Shown here one piece after another: positions 1 through 9,379 of a stretch of 23,545 bases of DNA. This DNA is from Psammoneis japonica (lineage: Eukaryota), in contig QPGO01000038.1 in assembly GCA_008632985.1 (NCBI GenBank), forward strand, positions 521,939 through 545,483, given 5' to 3'. The translations under genes were made by a program, and so were the position numbers. Under the pieces are notes generated by a model that was not told the DNA's origin, did not search any database, and saw only the letters and a list, made by a program, of their open reading frames with translations. How positions within the stretch are numbered: position 1 is the first letter of the stretch; every line of letters starts with the position of its first letter.

Positions 1-1153
1 GCCTTTCATCCATTGCCGCAGCAAGATGTGACAATCCAATGATGTTTGCTGTTCTCAGGGAACTCGCCCAAGTTGGAAAGGATCTTGTGAAGGGAACTTT
101 GGGCTTCTTTGCTGTGAACACACACTCATTGGGGCAAGTCATCATCTTGGCCATTGCAAGCCTCAAAGCCCTTCTCACCACCGTGATCCTTTGTGAAGCA
201 CCACAAAGGATGCAAGCAGCATCCCAAGTTGAGTGAGTGATGTTGGAAGTTTTTGCGCCATGCACATGTCCCAGTGGGAGAGTCATCATGACAGACCGGA
301 GGTTCTCTGAACAGCATTTTCTGATCAGGGGTCAAGCTCACAACAAAGAGAGTGCAGCCATTGAGAATGATGCAATCAGAGGCATTGATGTGATGACGGA
401 ATCCATGGTCACAATGGACGAGTGAGCTCTTCAGGGTGGCGTCTCCATGTTCTTTGCGGCTGCAGCATTTGCGGGCATTGGCAGGCAGAGCATCAGGGTT
501 GAAGAGATGTTTGGATGCAGTGGAAGTTGCAGTGCTTCCAGATGTCTTGCCGGAGGCAGCAGAAGGCAGAGCAGTGCTCGGCGCAAACTTGTTGAGGGCA
601 GTGATTGAGTCATTCACACCAGTGGTTGCAGGTCCGGAGCTGGTGGCAGGCGAGGATGCAGGCTGTGGTTTCTGCTGGCAGGGCTTGAGGGAAAACTCTT
701 TCCAACCCCAACAATGCCATGTCATGTCAGGATCAATGCAAATGTGTTGTGTGGAAATGACAATGTGTGTCGTTTGATCATTGCTCCAGAGATTGTCTTG
801 ATCATCAACGACATGGCTGGAGACGTCGCGCGGATTGCACGAGGCCTGGCGGGGTTTGCAGCACGGAATGCAGCTTGACCCACAATCGTCTTGACAGGCT
901 GCATGTCCACAGGATCAGCCGTGCATGGTGGGAATGTTGTGCAGATGATGTGATCTTGAGATGAGCCCACATGATCATTCTTGGGTTGAGCGTGCTCTGG
1001 ATTGTCAAAGAACGGGCCCAGGTCAATTGTTGAGTCCGTGCGCACCTCATTCAAACACGCGCGGAGATGAGGTGTCAATGCATGTTCTTGAAGCTCACAA
1101 TGGATCTCTGCAAGAGACGTTGGAGTGGCCTTTGCAAGGTCAGGGGATGCCAT
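1..1153 (-). pseudogene. Gag-like protein of a diatom copia element, frameshifted and hypermutated
   Basis: Two ORF pieces (722-1288 and 126-725) lie in different frames, and reading continues past the TGA at 126-128. The string AWRKNFQHHSLNLGCCLHPLWCF...GF...DDDLP...LHKILS...FP...IVTSCCGNG matches my recollection of CoDi Gag (WY..F..H....G.Y.HP.WCF...DDLP...GDGY) once Cys/His/Arg are read back as Tyr. Recognised from memory, not by search. Confidence 0.65.
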
Positions 1154-1343
1154 GGTTGCACTTGGTGAGAGCATTTTTGGTCGCGCACATGCAGAAATCT
1201 GGTGTGTTTCTACGATCGTGAAAAATGCCGGGAAAGCAAGCAAAAATTGTTGCTGGAACAGACAACGAGGCTTGCTTTGTTGGCTCACAAAACAAATGAA
1301 TCAAGGTGGAAAGTGTGGTGCAGAGTTCTGTGGCACAGCACAA

Positions 1344-1353
1344 GGCCACAACC
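1344..1353 (-). promoter_or_regulatory. Putative primer-binding site (internal tRNA-iMet type, degenerate)
   Basis: The minus strand reads ...TGTCA|GGTTGTGGCC immediately after the putative LTR end. The copia-type PBS is GGTTATGGGCC/GGTTATGAGCC, so this differs by TA->TG and one missing base. Confidence 0.55.
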
Positions 1354-1964
1354 TGACAGAACACTGACGGTCAATGATGACAGAGGCACAAAAGACTCCC
1401 CAAGCACTGGGGCTGTGACAACACAAGTGCCATGCCCTGTGCAAAAAACAGGGTCCAAGCACTTGGTTGCAAAGAGGTCAACAATTCTTGTGCTGTGCAA
1501 ATCATGGGGCTGTTTTTGCAGAGTGCGTGCATGTGCGACAGCAGGACATGCGGAGCTTCAGCCCTTCCATGCAGCCAATCATGCTTGGTCCCTTCACATG
1601 CAAGGTGAGTCACGCGCGCAATGGCCAGTCATGCTGGTCTCAGTTGCATGGATGTCCAGCAGACCATCACAGGTCTTGCACTGGGAGTCACGTTGTCCAG
1701 TGTGCACTTCTGCGGGATCAGCATCGGAGTTGCCTTGGCAGTGGTGTGTGCAGTTGCACGGCAGAAAGTTTCAGTCCAAGGGTTGTCTTTGCCCAGCTCC
1801 ATGTCTTGCACTTGGAGTGCTGCACGAGCACAAGCACTGCATCAAGAAAATGCAATGCACAGTGTCAAGTTGTGTGCGTTCCACTGTGCAGTTCACCCTG
1901 GGTTAAAAAAAAAAGGTGGCGCATCGACACGTGTGCAGAGTTGATCAGGCTCCACTCTCTGTCA
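1354..1964 (-). repeat. Putative 5' LTR (~611 bp)
   Basis: Bounded by a perfect 7-bp inverted repeat, TGACAGA (1354-1360) and TCTGTCA (1958-1964), giving TG...CA ends, and it abuts the PBS. The outer boundary is uncertain because the partner LTR is outside the window. Confidence 0.45.
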
Positions 1965-1994
1965 CATGGCAACACCCCTTCTGTCTTTGACAGG

Positions 1995-2030
1995 CAATGG
2001 ACAAGGCAAAACCAATGGACAAGGCAAAAC
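1995..2030 (+). repeat. Perfect 18-bp tandem duplication CAATGGACAAGGCAAAAC x2
   Basis: Seen directly at 1995-2012 and 2013-2030. It precedes a T-rich non-coding stretch and may be a subterminal repeat of a DNA transposon. Confidence 0.9.
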
Positions 2031-2657
2031 AATTTTGCTCATGTCACACTCTTTCACTTTCACAGAAAGAGCACAACAAATTTGCATTTGAGTGGCGGGT
2101 TTTTTGTCGTGAAGCTCTTTTTGCACCAGCTCAGGTTGTTTTTTGAAGTTCACGTGCCTTTTTGGGCATTTTCATGCCTTTTCCGGGCATTTTTACAATT
2201 CTCACAAATTTTGGTGCCGAAGTGTCACATTGTTTCTGACCGTTTGTTGAGTTGGTTGAAGTCAGTCAAACCAAATGGTCTGCAGCCCATGAGCAGTTGA
2301 GTGCTCTCATTTTTTTAGAGCACGTTGACTTTCTTGTGTGTGATTTGTCACACGCTGGTTTTTCCGTTGCACCCTTCGAGCGTTTTGTCACATGACGGCT
2401 TGTTCAGCACTTTTTTGCATGAAGGCAACATCAGAAGAGAGCACGGTGCACCTCCTGTGTGCATGCTTTTCTCACACAATGGGTTTTTCTGTTCAACCCT
2501 TTGAGCACCACATCAATTGACGTCGTGCATCCAAGTGTCAGTGTGTGCAGTCTTTCTCACTGCGTGTCATTCTTTGTGCAGGCCTTTTGTCTGACGTGCT
2601 GTTTGGCCTTTTTCTTTAGATGCAGTGGCTGGTGTCTTTGCCGCGGCATGGACATTC

Positions 2658-3954
2658 TCACATCAAAGTGTCAACAAATGACGTGTGCACAACAACGCTG
2701 CTCATGCACAGAATCAATTGCATCTGGCGCTGCGCGAGCATCAGCTCCAGGCCATTTGCAGGCCTTGCGGAAATGTCGCATCCATTCTGCATCCCAGAGA
2801 TGTGGAAAACATGCCACAGGCAGTGTCGCAAGTCATTTTCTGTTGACACTTTGTCTCAGGCAGTTTGGCATGTCTTGGCTGCTGTTTTTGCACAGTTTGC
2901 AGTGCTGCCTTCTTGGCAGTCATCGGTGTCAGCATCTTTCTCACCGGCGATGAATGAAATTTAGAACAAGATTCTCAGATTGCTCATGAAACGCAACATC
3001 TGCGGCTTTTGTGTCAAGCGTGTTGAATCTTGGAGCTTGATGAGATCAATTTTCTCATCGCTCAGCAGTGCATGCTGTGCATCACCGCTGCTGTCAATCG
3101 CTGAAAGTTCTGAAAAAACTCTTGCATGTTCTTGCCACACGATCGCCACCTTTGACGATTTTTTTGCTCTCTGCTGTCCTCCCAAGGAAACAGTCACAGA
3201 GAGCAGGAAATTGATGCTCTGTTCATCAGAGGCGTTGATGTCGCAACATCTGTGATTTTTGTGCAAAGTGCATGATTGCATTTTGGCACCACCTCATCTA
3301 AATGTGATGATTTTCTCCATTTGTGCAATTGTCACAAAGCTCCCAATCATCACATCCGAAAGCTGTTGCCTGTCACTTTTTGTGTTTGCACCCACATCAC
3401 AACAACATGCAATGTCCAACAATGTTCCAATTGATGTGTTTTCATCTAGTTTCATCATCATGATGCAAAGTGAACACCAAATGTTTGTCCAATCATTCCG
3501 TTTCCTCCTCTCCACTCGTGTCCGGGGGTGTTGTCCACATCATGCCTTGCCTGTTCAGTCCATTCACAATGTTGCATGCTTGGTCACTTTCTTCTTTGGT
3601 CCCATGCAAGAATGCCAAAACTGTGTCTCCAGCTGCCGGGTGAACCCCAAGCACCTCCATGCGAATGTCACGGCTGCCTCCCTGAAACCTTTCTGGCAAC
3701 TGAGAAATCTCTCCTTGCTTTGGCGCAGGCTTCTTCTCCATTGTTTTTTTCTTGTTCTTTGCTCTTTCTTCCTCTGTCTTTGCCTCAGTGGCCGTGGTCG
3801 TTGCCTTCTCAGTCGTGTTTGCATCTGACTTGTTAGTCTTCGCTGCTGCTGTTTCAGCCGCCTTCATGGTTTCATCCTCTTTGATGTTTGTTGTTGTTTT
3901 TCTTCTCTTTCTTCTGACCTGGACCAAAATTTCTGAGTTGTTTGTCCACAACAT
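2658..3954 (-). pseudogene. Degenerate ORF of unknown function inside the hypermutated domain (probably transposon accessory or cargo)
   Basis: A chain of protein-like minus-strand ORF pieces (3493-3954 with a Lys/Glu/Thr/Ala-rich N-terminus, 3294-3515, 2961-3281, 2658-2849) separated by stops and a frameshift. Family not recognised. Confidence 0.4.
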
Positions 3955-4103
3955 GCATTTCTGGATGTTCCTGTGTCATTTTTGCGTGCGTTGGATGAAG
4001 CCTCCCACGCAATTGTCACCTGCACAAGTGTGCATGTAGAAATCCACATCAATTTGCAGTGCAAACATGCTTCTCTGGCTTCACCTCTTTCACAATTTCC
4101 GCA

Positions 4104-4935
4104 TCACTCCTTGTCATCATTCTCTCCCTCCCACTCATCAGTTTTGCTGTCATGTTCCTCTGCCTTGTCTGAACAGTCCTCAAAACAATCCATTGCCTCC
4201 CACTGTCCGATGGCATCCAGAATTCCTTCGTGCTTGTCATCACTCAAACAATGTGGATCAAGAAGTGAAGCCTCATTCCTGTTGCACATGCTTGGCAGTT
4301 CCAGAGTGGCTGGTGGTCCATTGAAATCAATGTTGGCAATTGCAGCTTGCTTGAGCAACACTCTTGTCTTACATTCCTCAGCATCGCCGGGAGTGTGCCA
4401 TCCTCTGGCCCTTGGAACAGGGCTGAGATGTGTTCCCCAGCAAACCCATTCACTGGCCTTGACAGTTGTGGGTGGATCAAACTCTTTCCACACCTTGTCC
4501 TCCTGTGCTTTGTGGGGGGAGTTCATCCCATTGCAGCAGACAAAAGCCCTCCTCAGATTCACAAGACAATGCAGCACAGCTGTTTGGAACAATTTCCTTG
4601 GCCATTTCCTCAGTCAGAGAGTCCAACACAGATTTGTGAACCAACTGCACCTCATTGGCATCACTCTTGTCTGTTTGAATCACCTGGCACACTTGCCAAT
4701 CATTCAGTCCCTCAAAGATGGACCACAGTTTGCAAGCTTGGTTGCCACCTGCATGTCATGGCTGCTCTGTTGGCTTGACATTTTTCACCCATGGCCGTTT
4801 GAGCTGATCCAGGCAGGCTTCACAAGCACAAGGAATTCTTCGCATGGCAACCCAACCAGTGGGGAAAAGAGGTTCAAATCGGAAATGGCGCACGGCTCCA
4901 ATGCCACAATGGTGCATGTGCACTTGCACCATGTT
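4104..4935 (-). pseudogene. C-terminal relic of a probable DNA-transposon-associated protein with a CxCxxC motif
   Basis: Continuous reading HFRFEP...AMRRIPCACEACLDQLKRPW...EQP*HAGGNQACKLWSIFEGLNDW...GFCLLQWDELP, then a +1 frameshift in the G6 run at 4514-4519, then HKAQED...EWVCWGTHLSPVPRARGWHTP... and an acidic tail. It resembles repeated diatom transposase-associated C-termini as I recall them. No DDE core is visible and the superfamily is not assigned. Confidence 0.55.
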
Positions 4936-6111
4936 CTTTGCTGCTCCTGCAATGAACAATGGCAATGGACATTTCTTCAGGGCCCACACAAGAAGTGTGA
5001 CAATGTGCGCACCTCTCCATCATTGTGCAGCACACTGTCATTGAGTTTGGAGTCTTGGTTTTGAGAAGAACTGGCGCGCTCAAATGACGTGCATCACACA
5101 GCATCCGCTCTGTCTTCTGTTCTCAAGATGGGGCAGGGTGGCACCACATCTTCAACAGCAGGTTTTTAGCAGAGCAGAGCATGGTTCAGCAGGTGCAGTC
5201 ATTGTCAAGTGGAGTGGTCAGAGATGGGATTGAGCAGCCACAATGGGATCACACACTTGGCCCCAATGGTGGGAATTGTGGAACTTGGGAACCAGAAAGT
5301 CCTCCTGGCATCATGGCACCAAGGCGGAAGCAAAGGCTGTTTGCTCTAGAATCAACAACCACCTGGTGAAAGACAAGGTGCACTTGTTGGATTCTGTTGA
5401 TGACACCTGAGGACTCACTCTGCTCACAGGTTGTGAAATTGGTTGACCACGGTGCACCCTGTGTTCAAGTCCAGCACTCAGGAAGCCAAACGGCAGTTGC
5501 TGCAAGAGGCACTCGCACTGTTTGGGGGTGTGGGCCAGCTTGATGCCAGAGTTGCAGGGTGAGTGTGGCAGCACCTGAAACACAGAATTTGGGTTTTGTT
5601 TTGAGTTGGAAACACAAAATGCAGCAGGTGCATGTCATAAAATGCTGTCACTGGGCATCATTGCTCTTCACTGTTTGTGAAGGAAAGCAAAAATCTCCAC
5701 ATTGCACCTCTGATGCTCAAGTGAAAGAAAGCACATTTTTGCAATGACCACATTAGCTTTGGCAAATCTTGCAAGCCAAAAGCCGTCTTTGGCAAGTGAA
5801 GCTGTTGTGTGAGCCACTGTCAGCAGCAGCTCAAGTGCTCATAAGACAGCAGACACGCCAGCAGCTGTGAACACCAGACAAAGCTCTGCAGACAGCTTGC
5901 TCATGTTGCTGTTGGAGTTTCAGTGTCACCCCAGCCTCACGCCACTCATCTTGTTCCTTTTCAGCCAAGCCACTTTGTGTGTCTTGCATTTTCGATCGAT
6001 GGAGAACAATCCTTAGACAGACAACTGTCGACTTATCAAAGCAGACGGGCAAGCCCAAGACATGGCCAAATGCCTCAATTATATGCACGTCCTTAGTCAC
6101 TATTCACTATT

Positions 6112-8940
6112 CTAGAAAGTTTCAATCAGCTCTTTGGCGGAGGCATGAGATTCCCGGTCTTTTGCCGTCATGAGCTGCTCCACGACGTCGACATTCGCAT
6201 CCAGCATCTGTTCCTCGTCACTCAATTTCTTCAACACCTTGGCAGCAAAAGAAGCCGCCCGTCCTTCCGTTCGAAAATACCCTGGGGCTGAAAGCAAAAA
6301 ATCAAACGACAGAGCGCCCATGTCAACCCAAGTCGTAACAATTGTTGCCAAATGGGATTCGGCAAGGGGTGCGTCAATAACAATGTCGCTTAAGAATTCT
6401 AGCGGATCCTTCAAGCCTGTGCACAACGATTCTTTCTCCAATTTAGATTCCTTGATGCAGCGCACCAATACAGTGAGCATTTTGGACACATCTCCTGCCT
6501 TCATTTCCATAACCAGTAGGACACTGCTCTCTACCACCTTGCTGCCACGATCTACAGATCCGTCACGTCCTGCACCAATGATTTCATCGAGACTCAAAAC
6601 CGCATCATCCGTATCTCCGCCGCTAAAATACTCTTTCAAAATGCTCTCCGCCTTCTTTCCACATGAATCTGGACTGGGGTATTCAGTCTTACTTTCTTTT
6701 GGAGGCGACGGTTCTGTCTTTTCTTCAGCTACTACCTTTTGGCCGCTTTCCTTCTTTCCCACAGAACCTGACCGTTTCGGTTTGTTACTCTTGAATCCAC
6801 TGGATCGTGAAGAGGTGACATCCGACACGCTTCGTTTTAGTCCCGGCTTCTTCGAGGGGATTTGGACAAAACCTTCGTGATCGACAATGCTCTTTTTGGA
6901 ATCGCGGCGGTCGAGAATACGCACATCACCCGCGCTAGCACGTCGTGGGCCCAATGCTTTCAAATTTCCCGAGCTCGAGCTTCGACGAGCCGCCTTGCGC
7001 TCTTCCTTTGCTACTTCTTGATGGATCTCTTCAATAGTCTTGGCAGTCTCCACTTTGCGTCGTGTTACCCAGCCTGTTCAAAGCACGCCCGTTGACAACA
7101 TTGTTAGATGACAAACAGAGAACGAGCTGAGCAACGTCATAGAATAACGTGAATAATGTGAATAACTCACCCTTGTCTCGCATTTCCAACAAATCCTGCA
7201 GCATAAACTTGAAGCGATTACTAACCTGTTGAGCAGGTTGGTCATTCTTCCTACCGGCCATGACTTCAACTAAATGCCAGCAGTCATTCACTTTCTCGTA
7301 CGGCTGTGACTTCCCAATCTCATTCAATGCCAAGCTCTGGTTCTGAAGGGAAGCACCAATCGTGGTCATCAACTTGGCAAAGCACTCGATCTTTTCTTCT
7401 TCCACCTCGCCACTTTCCTTCTCCGACGCACTTCCTTCGTCGCCTTCTCCTTTCAACAATGTGTCGAGACACCACAACATAATATCAATCTTAATCATAT
7501 CGCCCTTGTAGAGTTCACCAATGAATCGCATATGGCCCAAGTAATGCTTTCGAATCAGAGTCGCGTGGTAATCTATTTCTTCCTTGTCAGTGATACCCTC
7601 TGTAGCCTTTGCAATCTTGTGCGCGGTATCTAACTCGAATTCTTCCTGACACCGAGAGAGTAAGAGTTTCTTGAAAATCTTCTTCTTTTTCGATGACCCA
7701 GCGTTGTCGTCAAAAGCAAACTCTTGTTGAGCCAACTTTGAGCACAACTGCGCATACATGTTTGCAAAGTGAGGTTCCTGCTGTGCCTTGTTGACAATAA
7801 GCCCAATGGCACCCTCCAAACACGCCTTGTTTCGTCCAATCCCCGTGTCAATAAAGTCATCACTGAGCTTATCGAATTTTGTTAGGGACAGCTTGTTGAG
7901 AATCAATAGTGCCTTTTTCAGAACAGCTTCGTCCGACTCTTCATCCTGATCCTTATCGTCGGTCATGACTTTGGCCTTCCAGCGCGTTTCATCATTAACC
8001 TCCAATGGCTTACAATCTTCCAAAGCCGGAGCTGTATCGATAACCTTCTTCTTTGAATGCCGTTTTTCAATCGAAACGTCGCCTCCCTGTCTAGGAGCAA
8101 CGTGTGTCGAGCTGATCTCTTCCTTGCGATTCTCAGCACACCATTCACACGCTTCTGGCGGATTCCAATTCTTGGCAGGAGGATCCAAAAAGTCAAGGCG
8201 TACCGCCAATAAGTCTTCAAAGGTAAAGCGTTGAACCGCCTTTTGCACCTCCGTCGTCCCATCACCGGGATTGCATAGCTCCAGAATGACCAACGTCTTG
8301 TTGCTGCCGTGGTTGTTACTGTTGTTGGGACCACGATTGTGTTGATGGTGGTGGTGGTGATTCCGGTTGCCACCGCCGCCGCCGCCACTATTATTCTGAT
8401 TTCCGTAGCCACCGTGACGTCCACCACCACTGTGCTGACGCTGACTCTTTCGTCCGTGATGGTGGTGGTGATGATTATGATGATCGCCATGTTTATCACT
8501 CGAGTTGGAACGATTGCCCCACTGCTTACCGTGTCCTCCTTTCCTTTGCTTTTGTTTGGATGCAGCTGCTTTTAGCGACGAGGATGATGATGAAGCAGCA
8601 GCTGCGGCGGCAAAGGATGGGGGAGGAGCGGCCCTTACAGCGTCCATGGGCTTACTTCCCCAAGCCATCACGGCAGGTTTTGCCGCAGGCTTCGGAGCAG
8701 CTTCTGGTGCCTTTTTCGGTTCAGCCGGAGCCGGTAAGGCCTTAGAAGTAGCTGGCGATGGCCTTGAAGCCACCTAACGTATCAAAGAGAAAGAAGATTG
8801 AGTGTTGAGACGATTCCTGTACTTCTCTATGATCCATCAATCGCTTCAATCAGCTTCAATTCAAAACAACATACCGATGATCCGGGAACAAACGCCTTCG
8901 AGCTCGGGTTCAAGCCCGCTGCTTTTTTACTCTCAGGCAT
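6112..8940 (-). CDS. eIF4G: Eukaryotic translation initiation factor 4G (MIF4G + MA3 domains); exons 8940-8875, 8773-7171, 7073-6112; 876 aa
   Basis: MIF4G hallmarks ILNKLS..KFDKL, KAQQEPHFANMYAQLC, LLLSRCQEEFE, GHMRFIGELYK and RFKFMLQDLLEMR. The MA3 domain carries ILKEYF...IVIDAPLA. GT-AG introns at 8874-8774 and 7170-7074 splice in frame (…GSS|VAS…, …MRDKG|WVTRRKVETAK…), total 2631 nt. Confidence 0.93.
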
Positions 8941-9379
8941 TCTTTCTTTGACTTCTGACTACTAGAGTAATGTCAAACGAAGGTCTACGGGTCAATCGTA
9001 TTTACAACTTGATGACGTGCTGCAATCTTGACAAGAGCGGCGCTGTTTTCGTCTTCTTGCGATCTGATGGCATGGTCGCGGCGCTCGTCCCGCATTCGAG
9101 AGCTCTGTGCCCAACGCAAAGGTTGAAGTCAACGTAGTATGTTTTTCACGTACGATTTGCGTAGCCATTTTTGGCGGGTAATCTTCTACGTACTTTAACG
9201 TAGAGAATGTATGGAGCGAGACGATCGGGTTATGAAGTGATGGGAATGAGAAAGATTATCGCGCACTATCGTCAGCATCATCGTCGGCATTTTGTTCTCA
9301 CTTCTTATGCTTTTCTCCGGTATTAATTGTCAACTACCATACCTTTTACCGAACTTCAAACAACGAGAAACAAGTGACC
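8941..9379. promoter_or_regulatory. Short divergent (bidirectional) promoter region
   Basis: ~440 bp between the head-to-head ATGs at 8940 (-) and 9380 (+). It contains several ACGT-core motifs (9015 and ~9132-9202). Confidence 0.5.

Larger units (their letters stand above)
1..1964 (-). mobile_element. 5' part of a degenerate Ty1/copia (CoDi-like) LTR retrotransposon; continues beyond the left window edge
   Basis: Minus-strand order is putative LTR (1964-1354), copia-type PBS (1353-1344), then a Gag-like ORF from ATG 1153 running off the window. Confidence 0.7.
1..6010. other. TpA-depleted, TpG/CpA-enriched hypermutated transposon domain
   Basis: A manual scan finds only ~16 TA dinucleotides in 1-6000 (1211, 1904, 2194, 2316, 2617, 2962, 3299, 3447, 3834, 4037, 4370, 5167, 5347, 5638, 5754, 5842), against 6 in the 60 bp at 6061-6120. 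ORF-track proteins here are essentially Tyr-free and Cys/His-rich. Confidence 0.95.

Noticed and set aside
1202..2300. Overlapping Cys/His-rich ORFs resembling metal-binding proteins
   Set aside because: They overlie the putative LTR and non-coding DNA, and their composition is a by-product of TG/CA excess.
3973..5064. 363-aa plus-strand ORF
   Set aside because: It is antisense to the recognisable transposon protein relic and is open only because TAA/TAG are missing.
1894..5140. CACCCTG...CAGGGTG as terminal inverted repeats of a DNA transposon
   Set aside because: Only a 7-bp match that does not extend, and the same heptamer occurs elsewhere (e.g. ~5555).
1..6010. Classical RIP or CpG deamination alone as the cause of the skew
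   Set aside because: RIP increases TpA. CpG decay yields TG/CA but cannot remove TpA, and CpG is visibly less depleted than TpA here.
1..6010. Alternative genetic code or selenoprotein recoding (in-frame TGA, no Tyr)
   Set aside because: The TpA loss also covers non-coding DNA and all frames, frameshifts are present, and neighbouring genes use the standard code.
6170..6880. 236-aa plus-strand ORF
   Set aside because: Antisense shadow of eIF4G exon 3.
7031..7170. C-terminal extension ELFTLFTLFYD... of the 580-aa ORF, and a separate 313-aa gene at 6112-7053
   Set aside because: This is read-through of the GT-AG intron 7170-7074; both ORFs are exons of one eIF4G gene.
9013..9018. TGACGT bZIP/aureochrome-type site in the divergent promoter
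   Set aside because: A single hexamer is expected by chance, and there is no supporting evidence.
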